From a virus (lineage: Duplodnaviria; Caudoviricetes): a DNA stretch of 64,000 bases. Below the pieces are notes generated by a model. That model saw only the letters and a list, made by a program, of their open reading frames with translations, searched no databases and was not told where the DNA came from. A program made the translations under genes and the position numbers. The DNA is taken from positions 50,128 through 114,127 of IMG/VR virus record IMGVR_UViG_3300035520_000885; one strand, 5' to 3'. Shown piece after piece: positions 29,401 to 40,654 of this stretch; position 1 is the stretch's first letter; each line of letters begins with the position of its first letter.

Positions 29401-30734
29401 AAAGAATGGGGGCCTTTTGTTGTATATTTGTAGTGCGAGAAGAAATCAAGATCATTGATAGTGTCATCGAATCTCAGAATGCCACTGGAATGCATCTTTT
29501 GAATTAAGATTTCACCACTAAATTTGAACATGTCTTGATAATCCTGAAGGGTTGCCTTAGAGCCCAATGTGATAATACGATTCAATCTCTTACTGAATTC
29601 CATCGTAAGCAAGGATGCGACATACTCATTGCATCTGAGCCGTTTATTCTCGAGTGCGAGGTTGTCCTTCATACGTAAGTCATTGAAGTTCTGCATAATC
29701 CATCTCAAAAGACAATAGATATCATCCTTATTGTAATCATTGAGCATCAATGTCTTGCGGGTGGTTTCATCCAAGAGTCGATTACAGAAGGTGAGAATGT
29801 CATTCCCCTTCTCAACGCTATTATTATTGGAAAGCTTCCTTATCCAGATTTCCTTGTCATACATATCCTGTACGGTAAATCTGTTTGTCGATACAAAAAG
29901 AAAAGCTCCCACGATAGACTGAATGTATGGATACTTCAGAAAGAGTTCTTTGTTAATCTCGATAAAGCATTTGGAAGAAATCTGAAAATACAGATTCTTA
30001 TCATGGTCAGCATTATCGAGATTCTCCACAAAGTGGAGGATGTTGTCTACTCCTAAGAAAGACAGAGCCCAATCCATACCATTCGCTGCGAATAACAGGA
30101 CTACGGGGATTTCCTTTCTAAAGACGAAGACATTGTATACAGGAAGAAGATACTCTGTACCGTTCACATCTTTCTTCTCTGCGATACCTTTCACGAGGTT
30201 CTCAGTCCTAATGGAGTTGCGCTTGACTGCAACCGGCATCAGAGACTTCAGAGTAACGGACGAAGAGCTTGTATAAGTAGACTTATCCACAAGCTGATAG
30301 ATGATGTAGTACTTCTTGCCCTTTATGAAGTAATACCCATCATCATCCTGCAGAGGAATCAGAATCTTCTTTTTGATGATTTTCTGACGTACCGTCTTCT
30401 CCAGAGTCTTCTGGTCAGTTTCCTCGACAGTAATTTGAATATGGACCGTCAGGCATCCATATCGGTCATCATTGACAAATTTGTAATCAACACGATCTTT
30501 CTTCCGTTTCTTCTTATCTCTCTTGAAGATGAAATCGTTGATATCAATCTCAGATTCTTTCTCAGTATACTCGAATTTGAGAATCTTGATATTCTTCACA
30601 ATCTCGAGAGACTTGAAGGCGTCCATGACATACTCTACGAGAGGTCTATCTGCTTCTTTATTCATCAAAGGAATATTCAATTCCTTATCGAATTCAGAAA
30701 CGTAGTCCTTGATGTAGTGCCTCAATTCACTCAC
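29401..30734 (-). CDS. rpoB: Putative non-virion RNAP beta N-terminal subunit, exon 1
   Basis: IPLQDDDGYYFIKG, DNLALENKRLR, KYTTKGP; spliced product 578 aa. Confidence 0.85.
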
Positions 30735-30869
30735 ACCCTTTCAAAAGTTTAGCGACGCATATACGCAAAAGTATGACATATAAATTTCACCCTAAAAATG
30801 GGTAATTTTTCAAAAAAGAAGCGGGATTAGTAAAATTCAATACTAATCCCGCTTTCCTTATGCCATCAA

Positions 30870-31592
30870 TCAGTCCTCATCCTTGCCACTGGCAATCTTA
30901 TCGGACTTGAAAAGAAGCTTCAGAGAGATGCTGGGAACGAAGTAGATATTCTCCTCAGCATCGTCAGTCTCTTCAGCACAAATGTCGAAAAGACCGGCGA
31001 CGTTCAGCTCATAATGAGCAGTCTCGTTCTCCCGCCGCTTCAGCTTGATATAATTGATGAGCTGCTCGTGGATGATGCAGAACATCGGGATGATGAACTC
31101 CACGTTGTCGAGCTTGATGTTAATCATCTCGCTCAGAGCTTTCTTACCACGAGCGGCAACCGCCTTGATGGTCTCTGCCTGGGTCTTCACATTCGCAGCA
31201 TTCCACTGCGTGCAGAGAACGATGGTGTCGGTCTCCTCCTCATCCAGAGAATCATTGCTTGCCGGAGTCTCCAGATGATTGATGTAGACCATGAAGTTAC
31301 CCATCTTCTCATCATCCTCAGAAGAGGTGGTGGTATAACCAACCTCCAGACGATTCGCGATGTTCAGACGGAAGCTCTCATAATCCTCCTCTTTGGAAGC
31401 AACCTCTTCACAAATTGCCTCAAAGATCTTGGCATAGATCGCAATGGTGGTCTCAGGGTCATTCAGGCCCAGGCTGATTTTGTCATGCAGATTCCGGTTG
31501 GCCAACTCACCAACCTCAATCAGCTCAGCCTTATTGTCGGCCACATTCTCAGCAAACCACAGTTTGCTTTTGCTAATAGCGTTCTTACTCAT
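30870..31592 (-). CDS. Hypothetical acidic protein, probably highly expressed
   Basis: SD AAGGAG, strongly biased codon use. Confidence 0.7.
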   Translation of the reverse strand: MSKNAISKSKLWFAENVADNKAELIEVGELANRNLHDKISLGLNDPETTIAIYAKIFEAICEEVASKEEDYESFRLNIANRLEVGYTTTSSEDDEKMGNFMVYINHLETPASNDSLDEEETDTIVLCTQWNAANVKTQAETIKAVAARGKKALSEMINIKLDNVEFIIPMFCIIHEQLINYIKLKRRENETAHYELNVAGLFDICAEETDDAEENIYFVPSISLKLLFKSDKIASGKDED

Positions 31593-31680
31593 CTTAACTA
31601 AGTCTCCTTTGTTGAAATATATACAAAACTGGAATGCAAACTATCATATCCGATAGGTGCATTCCAGTTTCATACCAAAA

Positions 31681-32097
31681 TTACTTATCAGACTTCTTCT
31701 TCCCAGGATACTTCTTATCCTTGGTCATCTTAGCATTCTTCCGAGGCTCGACCTTCATACCGACCATGTTCCGGATAGAATTATCCAGATAACGGCCAAT
31801 ATATTGAAGGCCATATTCAGCGGCATCCGGAGAAGTGCTATTGTAGACGATATCGTGGTTGTCACAATTCACGAAAATCGCAGCGGTGCGCTTCTCAGCT
31901 TCAACCAGATACAATGCGGTAGTCAACTCACGAGGCGCGTCATTAATGACTGCGATTGCTTTTGCGATGAATGAAACACAACCACTTGCCTCCTTTTTCG
32001 TATTCACAGTAACCTCAAACGAAGTCAAACCCTTGTAGGTTTCCACCTGAATCAGGTCAACCAACTTCTGCTTCAGTTCCTCGATGTTAGTACGCAT
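31681..32097 (-). CDS. Hypothetical protein with basic C-terminal tail
   Basis: SD AAGGGG before MRTNIEEL. Confidence 0.65.
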   Translation of the reverse strand: MRTNIEELKQKLVDLIQVETYKGLTSFEVTVNTKKEASGCVSFIAKAIAVINDAPRELTTALYLVEAEKRTAAIFVNCDNHDIVYNSTSPDAAEYGLQYIGRYLDNSIRNMVGMKVEPRKNAKMTKDKKYPGKKKSDK

Positions 32098-32206
32098 GTT
32101 TACAATCCCCTTTATGAAAGTATTTTTGGGCGATAATAAATTGTAGCAATGGAGATTTTTTATCAATCAACATTCACTAAATTATTACATATATCTGAGA
32201 GCTCTA

Positions 32207-34333
32207 TCAGGGCTTGTTTGCAAGAGAATTGAAATACTCTCTTGCTTCAGAAATTGACATAATCTGAATCCCAAGATTCTTAGCCTTCGAAATCTTCGTA
32301 GAGGTTTCACTTAGACTTGGAACAACCAAGATATTCGTAGACTTTGTCACACTATCTACGACTTTTCCACCAGCAGATTTAATAACACCCTCCAATTCAG
32401 AATCTCTTACCTTTGTGAAGCAGACATTAAGATTGGAAGACCCAGATTGTCCCTTCGTCTCGATAATCGTGAGCTCCTTCTCCAAGAATTCAATCAGCTT
32501 CTTATTCTCTCTTAATCCATAGAGAATCTTAGACGCCGTCTTTTCTTTCACAGAGGGAACTTTCATCAACTTACCAAGTTCCTTATTCTCGATAATCTCA
32601 AGAATAACATCCAGGTTATAAAGAGAACAGACTTTCTCGAATGTCTTGGTGGAGGTTCCGGTAATTCCAAGAGCTCCCAGCATTATATAATCTTCGACCT
32701 CTCTGTGAGCATCAATTTCATGAACCCAGCTATTGACGAGTTTATATCCAAACCCATCAATCTCCATGATTCTTTTGGCATTCTTCTCAATCCGATAGAT
32801 ATCTTTAATGGTATCCATATAACCCTCAGCATGTAGCTTGTCAATGATACCATACGAGATTCCATCAATTCTCATCTTATTGAGATAATTGAGAATCTTA
32901 CCTTTGATTCTGCATGGGCACTCTGGGTTCTGGCATTCTGCAGTTCCACCATTTTCACTAATGACTAAGCTAGAACCACATTCAGGACACTCGTCGGGCA
33001 TCTCTACTTTCTTTCCTCCCATATGCTCACAATCCTCATCAAAAGTAAGATACGGAATGATGTCATAGAGAACTTTCACTCTATCTCCAATTCGAAGATT
33101 TAGATACTTTGCGCGCCGGAAAGAGCCTAGCGACACATTGTCGATTGTGTTACCTTTTAACTTTACAGGCTCCACGTGAGCTACTGGTGCAATACGTCCA
33201 AATAACCCCACATTGAACGTCACGCTCTTCAGAGTTGTCATAGCAGATTCCTCTGTGAACTTATATGCGACTTCATAGTTATTCTTATCATTTTCTCTCC
33301 CAAGGATTCTTTGAATCTCGGGGTCGATGATATAAATCACCGCACCATCGCATCTCAATCCATCCACATATGCATGAGCAAGAGCGAACTCACGAATTCT
33401 TTCACGGTCTTTCAGACGGCATCTGATATACGGATAATCGGTAAAGACTTCTTTTGCAAGGTCTTGTCCTCCATCCCCATATCCAACTCTTAATGGTACT
33501 ACTGTGAGAAGTTTAGACTTACTCACATCGAATTCATCCGAGTTGATAATTGCTGATACAATCGACCGAGTATTCTTATAGTCCGTATGATACGTCTCAT
33601 TATAATACTTGAGAGAATCATTCAGCATCATAATCTCGGTCTTTAATCCATACGGAACATTCTTTCTCTCTGGGTCTCTCCTCTTCATAATATGAGAGAA
33701 TACATGTGTGATATCCTCAGCTTCATTTGTCTGAGTAAATCCTCTGGTCAATACTCTATCCAAAGTTCCATCTGCATTATACTCAAAGATGCCAGAAACC
33801 CCATCATATTTAGGGAATACATAGATTTCTTGATTATCTAAGTCAATTCTCTTACCAGACCTCTCAAAAATCTTTGCTTCCATAGTCGCTTTCCACTCAT
33901 CCAGATATCTACGACTTTGATTCTTTCTCTCTTCATCTTGGGTGAGATAAAAAATCTTTGTCAGAGTACCCCGAAGCGCAGGATATTTGTGAAATACTGT
34001 CTTTGAGGAATGCTCTGCTAATACAGGGACCGAAACAATATCTGCTCCACCATTGGCGAGCATAATTGCATAGAGAGTATCATAGTTACTATCAGTCAAT
34101 CCTGTACTGCAGCCAGAATCATTATAGATGAATTGCGCGATGTTAATAATCATCATAATATTCTGGAGATCTTCCTCAAAGTACGGAATCAATCCATTAA
34201 TGGATTGCTTATTAATATAAGCATTCACAGTGGATTTTACTTCTGGAGAATTCATAATCTCAGAAGCTTCCTCACAACTGATTTTTCCATCAACCAGTTG
34301 CTCATAAAGATTACTAAAGTTCATATCGTTCAT
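32207..34333 (-). CDS. ligA: NAD-dependent DNA ligase
   Basis: KYDG, TRG, DGAVI, VAYKF, OB fold, Cys4 zinc finger, HhH, BRCT. Confidence 0.92.
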   Translation of the reverse strand: MNDMNFSNLYEQLVDGKISCEEASEIMNSPEVKSTVNAYINKQSINGLIPYFEEDLQNIMMIINIAQFIYNDSGCSTGLTDSNYDTLYAIMLANGGADIVSVPVLAEHSSKTVFHKYPALRGTLTKIFYLTQDEERKNQSRRYLDEWKATMEAKIFERSGKRIDLDNQEIYVFPKYDGVSGIFEYNADGTLDRVLTRGFTQTNEAEDITHVFSHIMKRRDPERKNVPYGLKTEIMMLNDSLKYYNETYHTDYKNTRSIVSAIINSDEFDVSKSKLLTVVPLRVGYGDGGQDLAKEVFTDYPYIRCRLKDRERIREFALAHAYVDGLRCDGAVIYIIDPEIQRILGRENDKNNYEVAYKFTEESAMTTLKSVTFNVGLFGRIAPVAHVEPVKLKGNTIDNVSLGSFRRAKYLNLRIGDRVKVLYDIIPYLTFDEDCEHMGGKKVEMPDECPECGSSLVISENGGTAECQNPECPCRIKGKILNYLNKMRIDGISYGIIDKLHAEGYMDTIKDIYRIEKNAKRIMEIDGFGYKLVNSWVHEIDAHREVEDYIMLGALGITGTSTKTFEKVCSLYNLDVILEIIENKELGKLMKVPSVKEKTASKILYGLRENKKLIEFLEKELTIIETKGQSGSSNLNVCFTKVRDSELEGVIKSAGGKVVDSVTKSTNILVVPSLSETSTKISKAKNLGIQIMSISEAREYFNSLANKP

Positions 34334-34422
34334 AATGATAATCCTACCTCATTTCTAGAATTACTATCTGAAAATATTATATATAAATAGGGAAGGGTGG
34401 AGAAAGAACTCCACCCTTCCCA

Positions 34423-34818
34423 TTAAGTAAGTATTCCTTCCAATATTAAAACCTCATTCAGAAGTTTTAAGAATCTCTTTGGCTCGAATACCTTGATAGT
34501 TTTTTCCAGGTTAAAATCAATGACGGAATACATGTAGTTTACTTCCAGTAAAGCAGACCACAATTCAGTTGTCCCATAAAGGTCAAGCGACAATCTCTTC
34601 GGTTTGAATTTGTACTTGTAAACTTCAGCAGTCGTAAACTGCGCTTCTACGAGAGTACTCTCAAAGTATGGGAGATAGTTTCTCACGACCGACCCATAGG
34701 GAACCTTAATGGCTTCATCACCATTCTGAATGACGGCATTCGTATGAAGATTGCGATAACTAATCTCCATATTATCAACTGAGTTGATTAAGTCAGTTAT
34801 TGTAGCGTAGTATGCCAT
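34423..34818 (-). CDS. LysM-like baseplate wedge protein (T4 gp53-like)
   Basis: KPKRLSLDLYGTTELWSALLEVN motif. Confidence 0.6.
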   Translation of the reverse strand: MAYYATITDLINSVDNMEISYRNLHTNAVIQNGDEAIKVPYGSVVRNYLPYFESTLVEAQFTTAEVYKYKFKPKRLSLDLYGTTELWSALLEVNYMYSVIDFNLEKTIKVFEPKRFLKLLNEVLILEGILT

Positions 34819-34820
34819 AA

Positions 34821-35216
34821 TTAGCACCCCCGCTTTCCAAGGTAGAGCTCATAATTCTGTACCAGATAATCAAGGTCGGTTTCTTCCTCAATGTACTCAG
34901 GATATGCAGGAAACGTTCCAACCATGGCCTGAATATCTTGGAAAGGAATACCATGAGCTCCACAGAAAGTCTTCACCCAGTATTCTGTGTACTGACTGAG
35001 ATAATAGACTCTCTGCTCCAATTTACGAATTCTATCCTCAGGAGACCCTTCCTCAGGAGATTCTAATGACTTTTTGAATTTAATAAGGCGGACATCTCCG
35101 CCTGAATAAAAGTGAGCCATCAGATAGAAATCATCACTTTCTGCCTCTTCTCCAGGAATTGGAGTAAGATATAATTCACCGATGGGCTTACTGCCCATAT
35201 TCATAACATATGCCAT
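34821..35216 (-). CDS. Hypothetical protein
   Basis: 131-aa ORF in a late operon. Confidence 0.6.
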   Translation of the reverse strand: MAYVMNMGSKPIGELYLTPIPGEEAESDDFYLMAHFYSGGDVRLIKFKKSLESPEEGSPEDRIRKLEQRVYYLSQYTEYWVKTFCGAHGIPFQDIQAMVGTFPAYPEYIEEETDLDYLVQNYELYLGKRGC

Positions 35217-35233
35217 TTGGTATTACTCCCTTC

Positions 35234-35599
35234 TTACTTCGTCGTCACATACGGAGTCGCAATGTTTCCATTCAAGAACTCTACATTAAATCTTGTTCCC
35301 TTAGGTACAAGACCGGCAGAGTTTAATTTATCGAGCCAATTACAGTTTGTATCCACTGTGGGAGAAAAAGCTTTTGCTCGATTTACTGTCTTGGAGTACG
35401 TGATTTTACAGGCGTCATCATTGTCGAACATCTTATTTGCAACGATTGTATCCTTGCCCGTACCGGTGATGGCACCCATAATCTTTGGAACATAGATGCT
35501 AATGTTTTTTCCTGAGTGAACAGGTTTAAAACTCGATGCCGCATATCCATATTCAGATGATTCAACAGTAAAAATTTTATTAAATCCTGTTATCGACAT
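35234..35599 (-). CDS. Hypothetical protein, possibly baseplate-related
   Basis: SD GAGGTG, late promoter 35636-35647. Confidence 0.6.
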   Translation of the reverse strand: MSITGFNKIFTVESSEYGYAASSFKPVHSGKNISIYVPKIMGAITGTGKDTIVANKMFDNDDACKITYSKTVNRAKAFSPTVDTNCNWLDKLNSAGLVPKGTRFNVEFLNGNIATPYVTTK

Positions 35600-35705
35600 A
35601 TTTACAACACCACCTCTGTGAAATAGTATCGTCATTAATCTAATGTTTTTTGGCATAAAAAACTATACTATTGGAAAAACCATATGAAAGGAAGGATCTT
35701 TAAGT

Positions 35706-37730
35706 ATGGGAATTGACCTCAATATGGAACAAGTCCATGCACTCTATGACATTGAAGCATGGTGGAAACAATCAAATGAGCAGGTGTATAATCTATCAGG
35801 GTCTGCTGGAACTGGTAAAGCACAGCCAGTAGATACCATGATACCGACTCCCAATGGAATGGTTAGATTGGGAGATTTAAACGCTGGAGACACGGTATTT
35901 GGGAGATTAGGAGAAGTCGTTGTAGTAGATGGTGTTTACGATAAAGGCATGCTTGATTCTTATGAGGTAGAGTTAAGCGATGGAAGAAAAACGAGATGTA
36001 ATGACGATCATATCTGGATGTGGATTGACGAGAATAAGAATATCCATACAGATACATTGCGTTCCATTATTGATTCTGATTACTACCATGAAAACAAGAG
36101 AGTTTATATTCCACGTTCTGGTCCAATCCACTGTAGTTCACTGACAATGGACGAAGACTTCTATGAATATGGATATAATAACTCGGATACAGAGCTGCCT
36201 GAGAAATTCATTCGTGCCAATACACTGCAAAAGTGGGCATTGATACAGGGATTATATGACCGCACTGGACTTGTACTCGTAGTAAATGGTGTATATACCT
36301 ACATGATTCAATCCAAGAATAAAGAGTATCTGAGAGGATTACAGACAATTCTCAGGTCTATTGCAGTAGATACTTCCATTGCAAGTATTAAGCAACAGCA
36401 AGGAAGTACCACTGAGGAGTTGGCTCATGTGCTCCTGTCGTATCCGAATAAATCTAATTACTTGAATTTTTTCCGTGATACCGATACCTATAATAAAATT
36501 GCAGGATTAGCTCTTTCTGACCCAGATAAATTATTCTCTGAAAGAAGTTTGTATATCACAAAGATTACAAAGCTGGAAGAGCAGGAAGAGATGCGTTGTA
36601 TTCATGTGGACAGTGAAGAGCATTTGTATCTCACGAACGATTTCATTGTCACTCATAATACAACTCTGATTCGATATTTCATAGAGAATATCGGATTAAA
36701 TCTGGATGAGGTTGCATTTGTTGCATATATGGGAAAGGCCGCTATGCAGATGGCTAGAAATGGCTTACCTGCTCAGACAATTCATAGTCTCATCTATACC
36801 TATGACAAAGTGGTTGACCGTGATGAAAAAGGAAATATCTTATTCGATGAAAAAGGTCGAGTAAAATCATCCTTTAAATTCGTCCTACGAAAACATCTTC
36901 CTAAAAAAGTAAGATTATTCGTTCTGGATGAAGCATCTATGGTCAATAAGGAAATCGCAGAAGATTTACTCTCCTATGGAATCCCATTGATTGCATTGGG
37001 GGATTTGAATCAGCTTCCTCCTGTATTTGGAAAACCTTATTTTTTGGAGAAACCAAATTGCATTCTTACAAAGGTCATGCGCCAAAATGAGGATAATCCA
37101 ATTGTCTATTTGGCGCAACGTGTGTTAAATGATGAGGGTCTTCCTTATGGAGTATATGGAAACTCATCTGTCATTCGTAAGGATGAACTGACTGACTATG
37201 CTCTGAAGAATTCAAACATCGTTATTACGTTTACCAATAAACTCCGTCACGAAATCAATATGATGTTTCGGAGAGACATTCTTGGTATTCGTAGATTGGA
37301 TTTCCCATCCATGGGAGAAAAGGTTGTTTGTAGAAGAAATAACTGGAATAGATGCCTGAATCATTCTATCTACCTTACGAATGGTATGTCGGGAACGATT
37401 GACTATATTGACCGAGAGACGTTCAATGGGAAAACCGTCAAGATTGATTTCAAACCTGACTTCTTGAATAGGTCATACAAGAATGTGAATCTCGATTATG
37501 AGCGTCTATTTGCTAATCCTGGCGAATTAGATGATAGGCCAATGATTGAAACTCTTGGAAAAGACCAGTTTGAATTCGCGTATGCAATCACTTGCCATAC
37601 TTCCCAAGGTTCTCAGTATGAGAAAGTCATCTTTATGGATGAGACAATGGGAAACTCCAGAGAAGACCAGAGAAAGTTTGAGTACACTGCAATCACAAGA
37701 GCACAACAAAGTATCATCATTGTAAGATGA
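35706..37730 (+). CDS. Dda/RecD-like SF1B helicase containing an intein
   Basis: GSAGTGK|T, LDEASMV, GDLNQLPPV, YAITCHTSQGSQY, YTAITRA. Confidence 0.9.
   Translation: MGIDLNMEQVHALYDIEAWWKQSNEQVYNLSGSAGTGKAQPVDTMIPTPNGMVRLGDLNAGDTVFGRLGEVVVVDGVYDKGMLDSYEVELSDGRKTRCNDDHIWMWIDENKNIHTDTLRSIIDSDYYHENKRVYIPRSGPIHCSSLTMDEDFYEYGYNNSDTELPEKFIRANTLQKWALIQGLYDRTGLVLVVNGVYTYMIQSKNKEYLRGLQTILRSIAVDTSIASIKQQQGSTTEELAHVLLSYPNKSNYLNFFRDTDTYNKIAGLALSDPDKLFSERSLYITKITKLEEQEEMRCIHVDSEEHLYLTNDFIVTHNTTLIRYFIENIGLNLDEVAFVAYMGKAAMQMARNGLPAQTIHSLIYTYDKVVDRDEKGNILFDEKGRVKSSFKFVLRKHLPKKVRLFVLDEASMVNKEIAEDLLSYGIPLIALGDLNQLPPVFGKPYFLEKPNCILTKVMRQNEDNPIVYLAQRVLNDEGLPYGVYGNSSVIRKDELTDYALKNSNIVITFTNKLRHEINMMFRRDILGIRRLDFPSMGEKVVCRRNNWNRCLNHSIYLTNGMSGTIDYIDRETFNGKTVKIDFKPDFLNRSYKNVNLDYERLFANPGELDDRPMIETLGKDQFEFAYAITCHTSQGSQYEKVIFMDETMGNSREDQRKFEYTAITRAQQSIIIVR
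35820..36659 (+). mobile_element. Class 3 intein (280 aa) in the helicase P-loop
   Basis: Starts AQP, ends VTHN followed by T; WCT triplet (DHIW, MRCI, VTHN); LAGLIDADG-like LIQGLYDRTG. Confidence 0.88.
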
Positions 37731-37832
37731 GAGAAAATGAGTAGAGGATTCCTTCCTCTACTCATTTTTTTGTCACTTAAAACCGGAGATGAAAAACAGA
37801 TACTTAATCATTAAAGAAAGGGGTTGCTCATA

Positions 37833-38840
37833 ATGAACATCATCCAAAGTATCCTTACAAACACCGCTGCTTACAAAAAGCGCTATAATATGACTGCCGT
37901 AAAAGGTCTTGTTCTGCATAGCGTTGGCTGCCCGCAGCCGAAGGCGTCCGTCTTTGTGAAAAACTGGAATACTGCTGACCGTACCGTCTGCGTCCATGGT
38001 TTCATTGACGCTCTGACTGGCGACGTTTACCAGACGTTACCTTGGGAGACTCGTGCTGCTCATGTTGGTGGGTCGGCCAACAACACCCATATCGGCGTAG
38101 AGATGTGCGAACCCGACTGTATCAAGTATACCTCTGGTGCGAACTTCACTTGTAGTGATACGTCTCGGGCTAAGACTCAGGTCACTACTGCGTATAACGC
38201 TGCCGTTGAGCTGTTTGCATATCTGTGCAAAGAGTATGGCCTTGACCCTACTGGGAAGAATGTCATCATCTCTCACTCTGAGGCGTATACTCTGGGCTGG
38301 GGTTCCAACCATGGTGACCCTGTCCATCTGTGGAAGGGCCTCAGTATGTCTTATACGATGGATGGCTTCCGCAAGGATGTTAAGGCTGCTCTTGCCAAGA
38401 TTACGACTGGTACCACTTCCGTACCTGATACGACTAATGATAGTCTCTATCGTGTGCAACTGGGTGCGTATACGGTTAAGACCAACGCAGATGCTATGCT
38501 GACTAAGGTCAAGGCTGCCGGGTTCACTGATGCTTTCGTCAAGAATATCGGTGGACTCTACAAGATTCAGATTGGTGCATATAGCGTTAAGACTAACGCT
38601 GACAATATGCTCGCCAAGGTGAAGGCTGCCGGTTATACCGACGCTTTTATTACTACTAACACTTCCGCTACCGTTGCTGCTTCTACTGTAACCGCTAGCG
38701 TCAAGGTCGACCTGACTACGATTGCTAAGGAAGTCATTGCCGGTAAGTGGGGTAATGGTCAGGACCGTATCGACAAGCTGACTTATGCCGGCTACGACGC
38801 TTCTGAGGTCCAGAAGATTGTCAATAGTCTCATGAAGTAA
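37833..38840 (+). CDS. Endolysin: N-acetylmuramoyl-L-alanine amidase + 2 SPOR + CW_7
   Basis: VLHS, AAHVG, IGVEMCE, SHSE, HGDP; YRVQLGAY and YKIQIGAY; IAKEVIAGKWGNG; late promoter 37795-37806. Confidence 0.9.
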   Translation: MNIIQSILTNTAAYKKRYNMTAVKGLVLHSVGCPQPKASVFVKNWNTADRTVCVHGFIDALTGDVYQTLPWETRAAHVGGSANNTHIGVEMCEPDCIKYTSGANFTCSDTSRAKTQVTTAYNAAVELFAYLCKEYGLDPTGKNVIISHSEAYTLGWGSNHGDPVHLWKGLSMSYTMDGFRKDVKAALAKITTGTTSVPDTTNDSLYRVQLGAYTVKTNADAMLTKVKAAGFTDAFVKNIGGLYKIQIGAYSVKTNADNMLAKVKAAGYTDAFITTNTSATVAASTVTASVKVDLTTIAKEVIAGKWGNGQDRIDKLTYAGYDASEVQKIVNSLMK

Positions 38841-38918
38841 ACAAAAAAAGAAGGTAGATTTCGGTCTACCTTCTTTTTTACTCTTCCGAAAACTGTCTTA
38901 TAAAATTTCTTATATGAA

Positions 38919-40163
38919 ATGAGGAATACTATAATGGGTAAAAACTTATTAATGGAAGCCCTTCGGGCTAATGACAAGACCGGAGATTTATTCCAAGCAA
39001 ATGGTACTTTTATTGCATATAAAACTGGATTTCCCACATTAGACTATTACCTTGGATGTATGGTAAATGTTTTCGATGATAATGGGAAGTTGACTAGCCA
39101 ATATCCTGCATTGGGCATCACCAACGGTTCTATTAACACCATTATTGGTAAAACCCATGTGGGTAAAACTTCTGCTGCAATTGCAATCGCATCTAACATC
39201 GTGCGTCCTTTTCCAAATGGAATTGTCATGCATTGCGACATCGAGGGTGCAACTTCTTATACAAGAATTGCAGCACTGAGTAGATATACGCCCAATGAAA
39301 TGAAAGAGGGCAAGTATGTACTCCGTCAGATGAAGTGCTCCATTGAGGATATCAAGTTAATGATTTCCAAAATCTATCTGGAGAAGACTTCTAATCCGAA
39401 AGAGTACATGTATGATACCGGTAAGGTAAATGAGTTCGGTGAGCCTATCAAGATGTTTGAGCCCACTTGTCTTATCGTCGACTCTGTTGCATCTCTGACG
39501 ACTACTGTCAATGAGAATACAAAGGATGGTATTAAGAGTCTTGAAGAAGTTTCTACGCAAACTGACCAGATGCGTGTCACTGGTGAGATTGGTAGATTCC
39601 TGAAAGAATCTATTGAGATGTGCAAGACTGCGAACATCATTCTGTTCCTGATTAACCATATTAAGGAAAAGCCTGGTATGGGTATGCCTCAGGCCCCTGA
39701 GATGAGATATCTGAAGCAGAATGAGACGATGCCTGCTGGTAAAGCTCTTCAGTACTACACCAATACGATGATTCGTCTTATCAGTGTCGGTGCTGAGAAG
39801 TATGAGAAAGATACTGACGGCTTCAATGGATTCGGGGTCAGCGCTCAGTTCATTAAGAATCGGACTAACGTCGATGGCACGTTTGTGCCTCTCGTTTTCG
39901 ATAAGGTCCGTGGTTATGATTCTCTCCGTTCTTCTGTTTCTTATGCCAAGAGTCTCGGACTCGTTGGTGGTAATAAGAATGGATATTACTTCGGGGATGA
40001 TAAAGAGAATAAGTTCACGATGGTGAATATGCACAAGGATTTCGCCGATAATCGTGAGCTTTACAAAATTATGTATTCTTACATTCTTCCTCCTCTGGAG
40101 CAGGTTCTTTCTAGAACTGACCTCGAAGACAATCAAGTGATTGACGAAGAGATGGACTACTAA
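38919..40163 (+). CDS. recA: RecA/UvsX-like recombinase
   Basis: TGFPTLD, GKTHVGKT, IVDSVASL, LINH, AGKALQYY, IKNR. Confidence 0.85.
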   Translation: MRNTIMGKNLLMEALRANDKTGDLFQANGTFIAYKTGFPTLDYYLGCMVNVFDDNGKLTSQYPALGITNGSINTIIGKTHVGKTSAAIAIASNIVRPFPNGIVMHCDIEGATSYTRIAALSRYTPNEMKEGKYVLRQMKCSIEDIKLMISKIYLEKTSNPKEYMYDTGKVNEFGEPIKMFEPTCLIVDSVASLTTTVNENTKDGIKSLEEVSTQTDQMRVTGEIGRFLKESIEMCKTANIILFLINHIKEKPGMGMPQAPEMRYLKQNETMPAGKALQYYTNTMIRLISVGAEKYEKDTDGFNGFGVSAQFIKNRTNVDGTFVPLVFDKVRGYDSLRSSVSYAKSLGLVGGNKNGYYFGDDKENKFTMVNMHKDFADNRELYKIMYSYILPPLEQVLSRTDLEDNQVIDEEMDY

Positions 40164-40209
40164 TACAAAAAAAGAAGAGACCTAGAATTTCTAGGTCTCT
40201 TCTTTGCCG

Positions 40210-40578
40210 TCACTCATCGTTACCGTTGATGGTAACGTGAATGTCCTTGTCAGCATACGAGCTCTTATAGAGCAACGCGAAGCTGTACGCAGACTCATAG
40301 TCGGAGAATCCGAAGAAGCTCCGCTTGACTCCGCCCCTGCCGCTCCCTGGATGCTCCCAGTACAGTAGCTTTCCGTTCTTGTCACAGAACCGCTTGGCTT
40401 CCATAGCCTCGCGGCTCAGGATATGAATCCAAACGGAGAATCCCTTGGGAGTGATAGCCCACGGGCCGTGGTCATCGTGGTGGATGATCCGCTCCCGGCT
40501 CTCATTCTCGAAATCCCACGTTACGTTCACATTCTCCGTCACCTCGGAGATCATCGCATAGAAATTGTACTTATCCAT
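40210..40578 (-). CDS. Hypothetical protein
   Basis: SD AAGGGAG, 122 aa. Confidence 0.6.
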   Translation of the reverse strand: MDKYNFYAMISEVTENVNVTWDFENESRERIIHHDDHGPWAITPKGFSVWIHILSREAMEAKRFCDKNGKLLYWEHPGSGRGGVKRSFFGFSDYESAYSFALLYKSSYADKDIHVTINGNDE

Positions 40579-40654
40579 ACTACTACTACTCCCTTTCTAT
40601 CTTTGTGAAAGTTAAAAATGTAGGGGACTACCCAAAACTATGAGTAGTCCTCTA

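Noticed and set aside
40611-40654. Possible theta ribozyme at the tRNA 3' end
   Set aside because: Only a simple terminator-like hairpin is present, without HDV-like pairing
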